Source of the DNA: Selaginella moellendorffii
Lineage: Eukaryota; Plantae; Lycopodiophyta
Reading direction: 5' to 3'
DNA length: 64,000 bases
Assembly: GCF_000143415.4 (NCBI RefSeq)
Contig: NW_003314313.1
Span: forward strand, 1,205,430-1,269,429
Shown piece by piece: positions 25,901 to 37,552 of the stretch. The notes below the pieces were generated by a model, which saw only the letters and a list, made by a program, of their open reading frames with translations, searched no databases and was not told where the DNA came from. How positions within the stretch are numbered: position 1 is the first letter of the stretch; each line of letters begins with the position of its first letter. A program made the position numbers and the translations under genes.

Positions 25901-27779
25901 TGTAAGCGACTAAATTTTCCATTCTACTTTAGTCACTTAACCACACCTCCGACCACTTGGAGGAGTCTCGTTCACAACCTCCATCAGTCCAATTCAGGAC
26001 TTGGGACTTGCTAGCCCCAAGAATGGCATCCATGCCACTCAACACTTGCACCTGGTCCAAGTGCTCCTCGTGTCTGGTCCCAAGACCGACACCCAAAGGT
26101 ACCAATGACATCTCGGCCCGTTACGCTAAGGCCATGCCCATTTACCCTTGCTGCACTAGTGGTCCATTACCACTTGCATCACAAACCCGTCTCTCCAAGA
26201 CTGGGCCATCTATCCACGAGTGGTCATCCTAAATCCACTCCTTAGCATCCTTAGGATGCCCACAAACCTGGGGAATTGCCTTCCCCAAAGTCCCTTTGTC
26301 AGTTCCTACCAAGTCCCTTTCTGCCCCTGGCTGTGTTCGCCAACACTACCACTGGATCAAGGCCCACAGGCCCGACCCCTAAGTCCCATGGTCCTCTGGG
26401 ACTTCCTCACCACACGACTGTGTCCTTGGTCACTACCCCAGAGGACTGCTCCTCTTCCTTTCCACAGTCTAGGCCTTTGGGACAACATTTCGGAACACCG
26501 TGGCCTTACGCGAGCCACCTGGGTACTCTCCCTGCCTTTCGCCTTTAGGTGCTCTAGCCATGGGCTTAGAGCGAGGTTCCGTTGAGCCACGCCTGGTATC
26601 CAAGTAAGTAGTGCCACCCACACTTGGACTGGGAGCATCGGCCAGTCGATCTCCCGGGGGAACTAGAGCCGGCTCTTGAACACTTCACCAAGCTACCCCG
26701 CTTGTCAGTCCGTATTCACTCTAGTCTTGGACTTCCCAGTGGTCAGTTCATCACCCAACACTGGGTCTGGCCTTCCTGGGCCAAACTGGCCTTTCCTGGC
26801 CAAACTGGCTCCACTGCAGTCCTCCCCCTACTATACTTTTGGGGCTCACCAAACCCCCCAGGGTCTGGGAGACGAACGCTTTTTGCTTTCACCCTCTCAG
26901 GCTCCAGACTCGGACTCGGACTCGGACTCAGACTCGGACTCGGACTCGGACTCGGATTCGGACTCGGACTCAGGCTTGGGCTCGGTCTCGGCCTCGGCCT
27001 CGGTCTCGGTCTCGGTCCCGATCTCGGTCTCGGTCTCGGTCTCGGTCCCGGTCTCAGTCCCGGTCTCGGTCTCGACTTCGGACTCCATCTCGGACTCCAT
27101 CTCGGACTCCATCTCGGGTCCATCTCGGGTCCATCTCGGACTCCATCTCGGACTCCATCTCGGGTCCATCTCGGACTCCATCTCGGACTCCATTTCGGGT
27201 CCATCTTGGGTCCACCTCGGACTCCATCTCGGACTCCATCTCGGACTCCATCTCGGGTCCATCTCGGACTCCACTTCGGACTCCAACTCGGGTCCATCTC
27301 GGGTCCACCTCGGACTCCATCTCGGACTCCATCTCGGACTCCAACTCGGGTCCATCTCGGGTCCACCTCGGACTCCACTTCGGACTCCAACTCGGGTCCA
27401 TCTCGGACTCCACTTCGGACTCCAACTCGAGTCCATCTTGGACTCCACTTCGGACTCCAACTCGAGTCCATCTCGGACTCCACTACAGACTCCAACTCGA
27501 GTCCATTTCGGACTCCACTTCGGACTCCAACTCGAGTCCATCTCGGACACTCCCACGTGTCATGTGTTGGTCCTTTTGGGTCCCTTTTTGGAGCCTCGCC
27601 TTTTGCTCGCTTCGTGCTCGTTCCTCGGGCATTTCGTTGGGAGTTCCACTCCCGCTCTTGACTTTTCAAGTCGGAGCTTTTGGTCCAAACGCGTTACGCT
27701 CGTTTGGCTCTCGCTTCGGCCACTACCATGTGGCGCCCTTCCGGCTCCACTTTGGGGCCTAGGGATTTTGTGTCTCACA
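25901..27779 (-). mobile_element. Solo LTR of family B, TSD GATTG (CAATC on +)
   Basis: TGTGAGAC...GCTTACA; CAATC at 25896-25900 and 27780-27784; no PBS or PPT. Confidence 0.95.
26905..27547. repeat. LTR-internal tandem array of 6-, 11- and 12-bp units (GAGTCC, GAGACC, GGACCCGAGAT, GGAGTCCGAGAT)
   Basis: Same array at ~4710-5050, 20085-20400, 57363-58075 and 63408-64000; related degenerate arrays in LTR-C (23020-23186, 24405-24675, 31931-32030, 32200-32470). Confidence 0.95.
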
Positions 27780-30700
27780 CAATCTTGACTTAATACCCAT
27801 TACCTGTCTGTGGGTGATAGGCTGTGCTGAATTTCAATTTGGTGCGATACTGTTCTAGGAGTGTCCTCCAGAACCTACTAGTGAAGATCTTATCTCGATC
27901 TGAGATAATCTCTTCCGGCCTTCCCCGCACTCGAACCACTTGTTCAAAGAACAGCTTCGCCACACCTTCCGCATCCACGTCCGTTGTGGTGGGTATGAAA
28001 TGTGCCATCTTTGAAAATCGGTCCACCACCACGAATATCGCATCGAACCCCTCGCTTGGGGGTAGTCCCGTGATGAAGTCCATCGTAAGACATTTCCACG
28101 GGCGATCTGGAATTGGGATGCTTTGCAACAAGCCCCCACTAGCCTTAGTCACGGCTTTGACCTGCTGACATGTTGGACATGTCTTTACATAGTCTTGGAC
28201 GTCCTTAGCCATATCTGGCCAATGGTACTTCCTTTTGAGTAAGCCCATCGTCTTGGGCACTCCGCCGTGTCCCGCAAGAGGTCCGTCATGACACTCTTCT
28301 AAGGCCACCTTCCTTAGTTCCCCTTCTGGAACATACACCCTCGTTTGCTTGTAATAAATGAGTCCGTTGCGTTCCGCATAGCCCGTTTTCTCTTCCGTTG
28401 GCAGCTCACCTCTCTGGTGAGCTTCCCGCGCCTCTAGATTCCTCAGCAACACTTCTTGTGCTAGACCATCGTTCTCATATGCTGTCCGCACATCGTCCCA
28501 GAAGGTTGCTGTTGCGCTGGATATTGCCAACTTCAAGCTCGCTTTTCGACTTAGCGCATCCGCCACGATGTTGCTCTTCCCAGGCTTGTACAGAATTTCG
28601 CAATCAAACTCGGCCAAGGCATTGGCCCACCGACCTTGTTTCCCTCTTAGGTCGGGCTGTGACAAGAAGTGTTTCGTTGCCACATTGTCCGTGTAAACCT
28701 TGAAGTGTCTCCCAAGGTAGTGTCGCCACTCCTTGAGTGCCTTGACCACCGCAAACAATTCCTTCTCATGGGCAGGCCACTTCCGTTGAGCCTTGTCCAG
28801 CTTCTTCGAGAAGAACGCTACCGGATGGTTGTCTTGCTTCAGAACTGCGCCCAACGCAAAGTCCGAAGCATCCGTTTCTACCTCAAAGTCCTTACCAAAG
28901 TCTGGCAATGCCAATACGGGAGCCTTCCTCAACTTCCCTTTGAGGTGGACGAATGCCGCCTCGCATTCTGCTGTCCATACCATCTTCCCTTTTCCTGTTT
29001 GGTCCGTTAAGGGCAAGGCTACTCTCGAATAGTGTCTGATAAACTTTCGATAGTAGTTGCATAGCCCCAGGAACGCCCTCAACTCATGTATATTCGATGG
29101 TCGCTCCCATTCCTGGATCGCTTGGACCTTCTCCGGGTCCACCTTGAGCCCGTCCTGGCCCACCACATGCCCGAGAAACTTTACCTCTTGTTGAGCAAAG
29201 TCACATTTGCTCTCTTTAGCATACAGCTTGTGTTCCCTTAGTTTCTCAAACACCTTCGCCAAGTGTTCGGCATGCTCTTCTAGCGTCTCGCTATAGATCA
29301 GGATGTCGTCGATATAGACGACCACGAAGTGATCCAGATAGGGTACAAAGACGTGGTTCATTAGCGCCGAAAACGTTGCCGGCGCATTACATAGCCCGAA
29401 GGGCATCACCAGAAACTCAAAGCTCCCATACCTCGTTCGACAGGTTGTCTTCTCGACATCTTCCTCGGCTACCCTGATCTGGTAGTATCCTGACCTTAGG
29501 TCAATCCTCGAGAAGTATTTTGCCTTTCCCAACCTATCGAACAGGTCCTCAATTCTTGGCAAAGGGTACTTGTTCTTCTTTGTATACTTGTTGAGCAAGC
29601 GGTAGTCTATGCACATGCGCATAGATCCATCTTTCTTTTTCACAAATAACACCGGCGCCCCATACGGCGACTTGCTCAACCTAACATACCCTTTGTCCAC
29701 CAACTCCTCTAGTTGGCACTTGAGCTCCTTGAGTTCTTTTTCGTTCAAACGATAAGGGGGACGAACCACTGCCTCAGCACCCTCGACCAGCTCAATCTTA
29801 TGTTCTATCGGTCGTGCTGGGGGCAGCCCCGCCGGTAGCTCCTCCGGCATGGTATCCTGGAATTGGTCCAACACCCGCTGGATCACTAAAGGCACTTCTT
29901 CCGTTCTTGTCTTTTTGTCACTCTTCACCGAGAGTAAGCACAAAAAGGCTGCCTTAGTTCCTTTAGTGAGTTGTCCTCTCGTGGACACCAGGTTTAAGCA
30001 GGATTCTTTGGCCTTGCTTTGCCCTACCTTTAGATCCTGGGCTTCCACCCTAGATCTTCTTCCTTGGGCATTCGCCAGTACCACAAGGTTCCTACCTTGT
30101 CCATGTAGGGCTACCACAAACCGATTGAACCAATCCATTCCGAAGATCACGTCAAATCCCGCCATGTCCAACACGGTGAAATCCATGTCTACCTTCCATG
30201 TCCCTACTTCGACTTTCGCTTGTCGAAGTACCTCATCGGTGCTTTGGCTACCTTGAACAAACTCTATAGTCCTTGGTTCGCCTAGCCGCTGCACCGTTAG
30301 TCCGGCTTGCCGGACTATGTCTGCAGCCACAAAATTATCCGAAGCACCCGTGTCAATAAGGATCTTAACAAAGCTACCTCCGAGCTTCCCTCGGAGGGCT
30401 AGTAGATGTCGCGAACGACTCTCTACCAAAGTTGCTCGTGTAATGAGTAACTTTGAGTCAGGGACTGGATCACATACCTCATTTTGGACTTCGCCCGACT
30501 TGATGGCCATATTGGCTCTGGCCTTCTTCGGGTAGGGACATTCCCTCGAAAAGTGTCCCGCTTCACCGCAGTTATAGCATACGTTGTTTCCCACGCTGCT
30601 ATATGACTTGACCTTCTTATCCGTGGGTTTGTCTCTTTTCGCTTGACTCCCCCACGTACTTGCTCGCTGGCCACCGGATTTGCCTTTCCGAAATCCCGAG

Positions 30701-31753
30701 GACTCATTCTTAGAGAAACTCTTCTTGAATTTCCCCCTGCTATATGTTCCCCTCGGTTTGGCCCCTTTGTGAAACGTGGATCCCGACCCCGTCGTGTTCC
30801 CCTTTCGCAGGTTATCGTTGAAATGCACCTTGATGGCCGCATCCAACGCTTCCTTGTAGTTGGTCGGGTTCCAGCGCATCACCTCACCGCGAGCCCAGGT
30901 TTGCAAACCTGATATAAAGGCATGGAACGCATCCATATCCCCCATGTCCGTGACAAGTATCCTCTTTGCCATGAACCCATTCACATATTCCTGGATGGTT
31001 CCAGTCTGCTTCAGCCTACTGAGCTCATCTCTCAGATGCAGAGTGGCATTCGGAGGAACGTATGTCGCGCGGATCCTCGCCTTCATCATGTCCCAGGTGG
31101 CCACCGGTCCTTCGTTGGCCTCCGTTGTTCTCTACCAAGACTTGGCATTATCGGCCAAGTATGGTTTTGCACATGGGACCTTCTCCGAGCTCGGTAACCG
31201 TAACGCTCGGAAGTAGTCCTCCATATCGTAAAACCAATCCTCCACAACCTTATAGTCGTTCACTCCCTTGAACACCGGTGGGGGCTTTGGTTTGTACTTG
31301 GGAACTGCCTGAGGGACTGATTCCACTTCGGTCTGTTCGACCTTGTCTGGTTTTGCCTCAGTCCCTGCCGAAGGGTCCGCACCTTCTGCGCTGCCAGCAT
31401 CCGCAGTCTTTCGCCTTTTCTTCCGTTTCTCGTCACGCTTTAGCTTGCGTACGAGAGTCTCCAGCAGGGCATTGGTCTGCGCCAATTGACCTTCTAGAAC
31501 GTCCAATCGAGCCTTGGACGACCGAACCTCGCCACCGGACTCCTGTTTGGAAGTTTCCTCACTAGAGTCCTCCTCATGCAAGGATTCCTCATCCATAGCC
31601 TCTTGTTCGACCGGAGGCTCCAGCTCTGGCGGAGGTTCTGTCTCCGCCTGGGTTCGCTTACGCCCTGCCCTTGCCATCTCCCAGCAATCCGCCTCTATCC
31701 TTCGCTAGAACTGAGGAGAAGGCTCCGATACCAAATTGTAAGCTCCTGAGTTT

Positions 31754-31809
31754 GGACTTCCCGGGAGGTCACCTAGCCCAGTACTATTCAAACCCAAGGA
31801 CGCTTAACC
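31754..31809 (-). promoter_or_regulatory. 5S rRNA-derived Pol III internal control region (A-box/IE/C-box) in the 5' Cassandra-type LTR
   Basis: GGTTAAGCGTCCTTGGGTTTGAATAGTACTGGGCTAGGTGACCTCCCGGGAAGTCC aligns ungapped to plant 5S as I recall it (AGTTAAGCGTGCTTGGGCGAGAGTAGTACTAGGATGGGTGACCTCCTGGGAAGTCC). Confidence 0.88.
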
Positions 31810-32116
31810 CCAAATATCCCAAGACCCTTAACCGATTGGAAAAGGGGGTGCACTCTTGTTCATGGGCCCTTTCCCTCTATATTTGAACCCTTATGGATCG
31901 TTCTCAAGTCGTTCCCTTTGGTTGCTTACACAAGATCGGGTCTGAGATCGAGTCTGAGATCGAGTCCGAGACCGAGTCCGAAGTTGGGTCCAAGATCAAG
32001 TCCGAGATTGAGTCTGAGACCGAGTTCGAGTACGAATACGGGTTAGGGGGGGGGGGGGGGTGGGGGCTGCAGGGGGTTCCAAAAGTATAGTAGGGAGATA
32101 GTGAGGTCCAGGAACC

Positions 32117-33596
32117 TGTAAGGAACCAACTCCCCGAGATGCCGTAGGCTAAAGGATCCCCAAAAGCATGACCGAAATGACAAAGAGTTCATTGGATGGG
32201 ACCGAGTCGAAGATCGAGTCCAAGACCAACTTTGAGACCAAGTTCGAGATAGAGTCCAGGATTGAGTCCAAGGCCAAATCAGAGACCGAGTTCGAGACCG
32301 AGCTCCGAGATAGAGTCCGAGATCCAAATCGGGTCCGAGACCGAGTCTGAGGTCGACTCCGAAGTCGAGTCCGAGATCGGGTCCGAGATCGAGCCCGAGA
32401 TCGAGTCCGAGACCGAGTCCGAAGTCAGGTCCAAGATCGAGTCTGAGATCGAATCTGAGACTAAGTCCAAATACTAATACGTGTCAAGGGGTGAAAGCCC
32501 AAAGCGTGCGTCTCCCGGGGGGGGGGGGGGGGGGGGGCTGCAGGGGGTTCCAAATGTATAGTAGGGATAGTGAGGTCTAGGAACCAGTCTTGAAGGAACT
32601 CTCCAGTGGTGCTTCCAAACTAACTCGAGGTTGAGACTAGGGTCGAGGGGCCTTGGGTGGGAGTGAGCATGGGCTTGGGGGGGGCTGGAGGGGCCACCCA
32701 GGGAAGTGCTCAAGAGCACCTCCCACTCCCGAAAGGGAAACTAATTGGGGGGCTCCCGGCTCATGGGGAGGGGGGCCCCACTTGAGTACCTTGGGGCTCA
32801 TTGGTCCCCCCCCTTCCCAGGGGCTTGGGCCTTCCCTTCGGGAAAAAAGTGGGGGGGGGGGGTAAAGGTTCCCATTCCGGGCCGTTAGGCCCCGGGGTTT
32901 CCCCCCGATTTCCCGACACAAGGGTTTTCCCTAAAAATTTGGGATTTNNNNNNNNNNNNNNNNNNNNNNNNNNNNNNNNNNNNNNNNNNNNNNNNNNNNN
33001 NNNNNNNNNNNNNNNNNNNNNNNNNNNNNNNNNNNNNNNNNNNNNNNCCCTTTGGGATGTGGGGGGGGGGGGTAGAGGTACCCATATCGGGCCGTTAGGC
33101 CACGGTGTTTCGCCCCGATGTCCCGACGCAAGTGTTGCACCTAAGACTTGGGATTTAGAGGGTCCCATGATCAAGTCTTGATGTACTAAGGGGTGTTAGG
33201 AACCTGGAGGCTTGGTGTACTTGGCTCCTTGTGCCTGCGGGGAGTGTAGCCAAACCTTAAGTCCAGTCTAACCTGGGGACAGGGATTGGGAGGGATTTGG
33301 GAATTCGTGGATGGAAGGCTAACACTCTGTTACTCGTGTAGTGACTAGTTGAAACCAAGTAAGACCAAGTAGGAGCTGGTACAATAGGCAAGAACTTTGG
33401 TGAGGGAACTTAGCACAAGCCAAGGCAGTGTTAGTCGGATAGATGAGGTAAGCTGGCAAATTGGAAAGGAATAATTTGTGGCTTACAATTTCGTATTGGA
33501 GCCTTTTCCTTAGTTCTAGCGAAGGATAGAGGCGGATTGCTGGGAGATGGCAAAGGTAGGGGAGAAACGAACCAAGGTAGAGACGAAACCTCCTCC
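32117..33596 (+). mobile_element. Chromovirus copy 3: 5' LTR-C 32117-33487, degenerate PBS, gag start (ATG 33547) cut by the outer Sola-like element
   Basis: TGTAAGGAACC...GGCTTACA; TCGTATTGGAGCC 33491-33503; MAKVGEKRTKVETKPP resembles MARAGRKRTQAETEPP. Confidence 0.85.
32948..33047. other. Assembly gap (100 N)
   Basis: N run. Confidence 1.
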
Positions 33597-34038
33597 AAGC
33601 TCTATTTCGTTAAAGTGGGAATTGTCATTATCCCACTTGTAAAATAAAGTTTCCAAACCTTTATATATTATATAAATATAACAAAATTCAACTGCATTGA
33701 GGCACATGCCATTTTATTTTAAACAAGGAAATGTCTACTCAATCACTTCTCCTCCCCCTGCCACTGCTTCACCTCTCTCTTCTCCTTGTCATCGTCGTCC
33801 AATTTCTTTCCATCCTTTTAATATTGGCTCAGTTGCTCCGAGTCTAGGTGGAGCCCAAGTCCCCATTCAATCTTTACTTTCCCCTTATTAATAAAACAAC
33901 TTCGTAGACTTCCAATAACATGCTGTAACACTTCTAGTATAATGCAAATCCTCTCAGAGGATTGTCTTTTAATATTAATACAATGGCATGGAACCCCATG
34001 CCATAATAAGTTACATTTTTAAATAAATACATGCCATC

Positions 34039-36936
34039 TCAGATTGTTATTTTTTGCCTCCAACGCCTATACAATAATCTTGGAATTTCATCACTCTCCA
34101 CACTATCAAGATTTAAACCTAATAGTAATGCCATCTCTTCTCTAATACGTCCACGCTCATGTTCAGTGGTCGAAGAACCCATCTGGTTGAGCAGATTATG
34201 GAGATATGGATAGTGCTTGGCTAGACAATATACATGCCATAAATGATGGCTGGTGTCTGTCCGATCAAATGGCTTCTGATATACCGTTCCATCTACCATT
34301 TGGTTGATTTCTGCAGCCACCTCCTGGACTGGCCGGTTCTCTATCACCATCGCTCCAAGCCGTTTTGCAAGGTTCCCCAGAACATACGGTTTCTTCTCCC
34401 TAGTTTCCATACTGCAAGAGATGGGGTGCACGCGTGTTCGCTGCAGTTTTAATCAGTGGGTCATCGATGATGAGGATTTCATTTGAGCTAGCAGTCCGGT
34501 TCATCACTACAGCCTCTGGCTTGACGAAGATGGGCTTGCTACCCCTCACATGGACCATAGTCAAGCAATCCTTTTGTGTTAGGAGAAAGTCAAATGGTAA
34601 TATTACTCACCTCTGATCGTGCATCATCTGTAGCAACGTTAATGCATTTTGGCGCATCATGGATGTCCAAACTCCCAATTGCAAATTGAACCCGGCCCTC
34701 TATTTTAAGTGTTGCATGGTCATTATTAGATCCTGCAGTTTCTCCTGTGTGATTAATGTGAATCTGTCTCTTTTGACCAACTTGCGACCGCAGGCTTTGG
34801 AGGGTGCAATGACATTCGAGGACGAGCCACGCTCATGGGAGAAAAGGACACCGTTCAGATCAAAAACAATACAGTACCTTCGTCGTGACTCTGAAATGAA
34901 ATGCATCAGCATAAAAAATGGTACAAGTCAATTTTACCATCTACAATATTAGCAAATGGTGCTCCCGATGGTCGTTGAGAGGGTTTTGGTCGAGGAAACG
35001 TGAAGGGCGGAAATACTCTCCTCTGCAATGTGGGGTCAATCGCATCCGATGGCGTGTGGGCACATGCCATTTCAGCTGTAGACTCTGGTACAACTGGCTC
35101 AACAGTGGCATGGGGTGGTTCTGATGGCGTGTGATCACAAGCCATTTCAGCTGGTGCCTCCGTTGGCAAAGTGGACATGACCGAACAGGCAGCAGGGGCA
35201 GTGTAGGGAGGTTCCAACGGCGCATAGTCAGACGATTGGGCACATGTTGAGTCCGTTGGAAATGAGGATACGACCGGCTCGGCGGCTGGGGCGGCCTCAT
35301 GCGGGTCCAATGGCGCCTGGTCACCGTCAGTTGGATACGTGGACAAGATTGACTCAGTGGTATGGGTAGCATCAAGTGGAGCATGGTCAGCTTGCTTGGC
35401 GTTGATATGGATAGTAGCCTCCACCAACTCTGATGACTCTTGCAGGCAAGTAGAGTCCACTGGAGGATCCATATGCATGTCCAAATATCTCCCTTCGATT
35501 GAGATGGTATCCTCCCGTGCTACTTAAAACAAACTCATTAGCACATTGAATCGACTATACTGTATTTACCATCAACTGCTATTGAGGAACTAGGACCGAT
35601 ATCACTTGGGCGCACTACTGATTCTAAAGGATTGGACATACGTTTTGACCCTTGCTTGGCACTATCCTTCCTCGACACTAAAGGCTAGAGTTTGTATCTT
35701 AATTCAACTGAATAATCTCTACTTACCACTACCTCACCACGTAGAAGAGCATTAGCCACTGTCAGAAGGTTGTCGTCGTCTAGAGACCGCGAGAAACGCA
35801 AGGCATTGAGCTTCAAATCATTGGGCTTCCGGCCGTCCTCCACACCCATTAAGTTTAGCAACTCCCCGTCATGGTACCTCCTTAGCACATCTACCCATTT
35901 GTCAAAAACAACTTTTGTCGCGAGTAGAATGTTATGGATGCTGAGTGTGTCATTGACCCCCAGTGTTTTCGAGAGAAGACTCGAGAATTCCTGCAATGGA
36001 AATGGCGTGAGGCCACATGCTATGCCACATGCAACGAGGCTTACCTGCCAGGCGCTAGTTGCTAGTGCACGTCCTTGTCCTAGTTTTTGTGGCTTCTTCA
36101 GTTGAACGCAGAGCTTCTGTGTTCGTGCCAATGTCTCGTGCAGACCCGATTTGTAGCATGTTTCTTGCTTGACATTCTGCGCGTGGGAGATGTATATGAT
36201 AGATCGGAGGGGCAAGTTGCCTTTTATCAGGCGGACAACTCTTGTCTTGAAGGCTTTCTTCACCTCCTCACCCACCATAATATCCACAACTATCTCTTGC
36301 ATCGCCAAGCTAGAATGCTGCCCGGAGACGGCATAGAACCGGATGTTCTGATCGTCCAACACCTTCCTATTGATCAAGTCTGGAAACCTCGTCTCACCCT
36401 TCATTGTTCGGTAGTAGGGGATCACGTCTGCGATGTCGGGTGTTACTACGATGATTTTTGCTGCCTCTTCTTGCTCTTTCTGCTCTTTGCGGCTCTTCTT
36501 TTTGGTGGGTGTAGTGTTCGAACCCGAGGCAATGGCATCATTGAGTAGCTTCTTTTTTGGAGGAGAGTCGGACGTCGGCTTGAGCTTGACCACCCTTTTC
36601 TGCTTCGGGGTAGTTTCCAGATCGACCCCCTTCCCCTTCGCTTCGCGAACTGGAGGCACTCTCAATGGCTCAATGTTGGAATATAGTTTTTGAACATTGC
36701 CGTAGGTGAGGTTCGTGGATTCCATGTGATCTTCATAGACCCGCAGCGTCTTTGAAATTGTGGGCCTCCTGGACAACCTCTCCCTAGCTCCCTCTAGGAA
36801 TTCCTCATAGCCGCTGCCCCCCTCCGGGAAGCCGCTAGGATGTGCAAGGTGGATCTTGAAGGCAGACGCTGTCTCTACCACAAGTGCCAGTCCATATTCT
36901 TGCATGGAACTGCATAGAGTGTCTGTCACTTGGATG
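34039..36936 (-). pseudogene. Outer-copy cargo gene, 3' part (5' part at 50366-50753), with ~140-bp and ~2.2-kb deletions
   Basis: ORFs 35685, 34906, 34700 and 34039 match the inner-copy ORFs; retains the intact SGQH motif. Confidence 0.8.
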
Positions 36937-37552
36937 AAGCTCTATTTCGTTAAAGTGGGATTTATTCAGTAAAATGGGACTAGGTACAAATTTTCAAGTA
37001 TTTGAAAATGACGTGAAATTATATGTTTTTTGTCCAGGGGCTAGACATATCTGGGGCATGGTGACTAGCGCAGTGACTTTGTGTCCAGACTGAGTCCATC
37101 TGGTTGTATAATAAATCTCATTGTCAAGGTGAACAAGCCGAATCTGAAGCTAAAGAAGAGCGATGGCATGCGCGCACACACTATTTGTTTGTTCATTGAG
37201 CGTGTGGTGAGCTTTCCAAGATGAACGTCATTCCTATTAGCCAGACATATAACTTAATGGTGAGAACATTTAGATATTATTCAATGTTATCTTTTTCTAA
37301 CGAATCTAATTGTGAAGGTGTAGCAAGAGGCATTGCTAGTCTGGAGAAGTCATTTAACTCATTTGACCCTTAGTGTATTTTCATGAAACTAAATAACATT
37401 CATATTATTAAGGAATTTCTCTAGTACCTTTTTTTTACGACATAGAGGCTTGCATTTCTTTCAAAGGTGATTTAGTAAAAGGCCTGAGGGCACATGCCAT
37501 TCTATTTCTCAGACCAGTATTAAGATATACTAGTGCAAAGGGCCACATGCCA

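Larger units (their letters stand above)
25873..27803 (-). other. Integrase intron 1 (47 nt before insertion of the solo LTR)
   Basis: GTAATG donor, CACTAAC branch site, TTGACAG acceptor; removal restores HPQT-D-GQTE exactly; conserved in copy 1 (15773-21471). Confidence 0.85.
25021..31677 (-). pseudogene. Chromovirus gag-pol (Gag, zinc knuckle, protease, RT, RNase H, integrase, chromodomain); one premature stop, two predicted introns
   Basis: [33 protein letters not shown] zinc finger, MDF/SDRD/TERVN, RFAGPY, EYEVEAIL...VKWKG...TWEPEENL. ORFs 31677 and 31104 share a frame, separated by TAG at 31132-31134. Predicted exons 31677-27804, 25872-25455, 25402-25021. Confidence 0.93.
23187..31930 (-). 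mobile_element. Composite LTR retrotransposon: chromovirus gag-pol bounded by 194-bp Cassandra-type LTRs, TSD CAAGA
   Basis: LTRs 31737-31930 and 23187-23380 differ at 2 positions by eye; termini TGTAAGC/GCTTACA; CAAGA at 23182-23186 and 31931-31935; PBS 31721-31733; PPT-like AGGGAAGCGTGGTGGAT 23381-23397. Confidence 0.92.
14594..32116 (+). mobile_element. Ty3/Gypsy chromovirus copy 1: 5'-truncated degenerate pol 14594-22539, PPT ~22928-22941, 3' LTR-C 22942-23186 + 31936-32116; hosts nested elements
   Basis: RT-RNaseH-IN-chromodomain fragments highly similar to 25021-29170(-); PPT ATGGGTGGTGGAGT followed by TGTAAGGAACC. Confidence 0.88.

Noticed and set aside
26624-27788. Long Ser/Asp-, Arg/Pro- and Glu-rich ORFs (also 4485-5180, 19985-20526, 57116-58342, 63139-63817)
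   Set aside because: Artefacts of stop-poor tandem arrays inside LTRs; open in several frames on both strands.
31132-31134. Programmed gag-pol stop readthrough
   Set aside because: The TAG falls inside the capsid AxxWW motif, not at a gag/pol boundary; best read as a TGG>TAG mutation.
32740-33150. Apparent short duplication and divergent LTR sequence around the 100-N gap
   Set aside because: Homopolymer-biased, low-quality sequence following a G-run, overlapping the other side of the gap; likely an assembly artefact.
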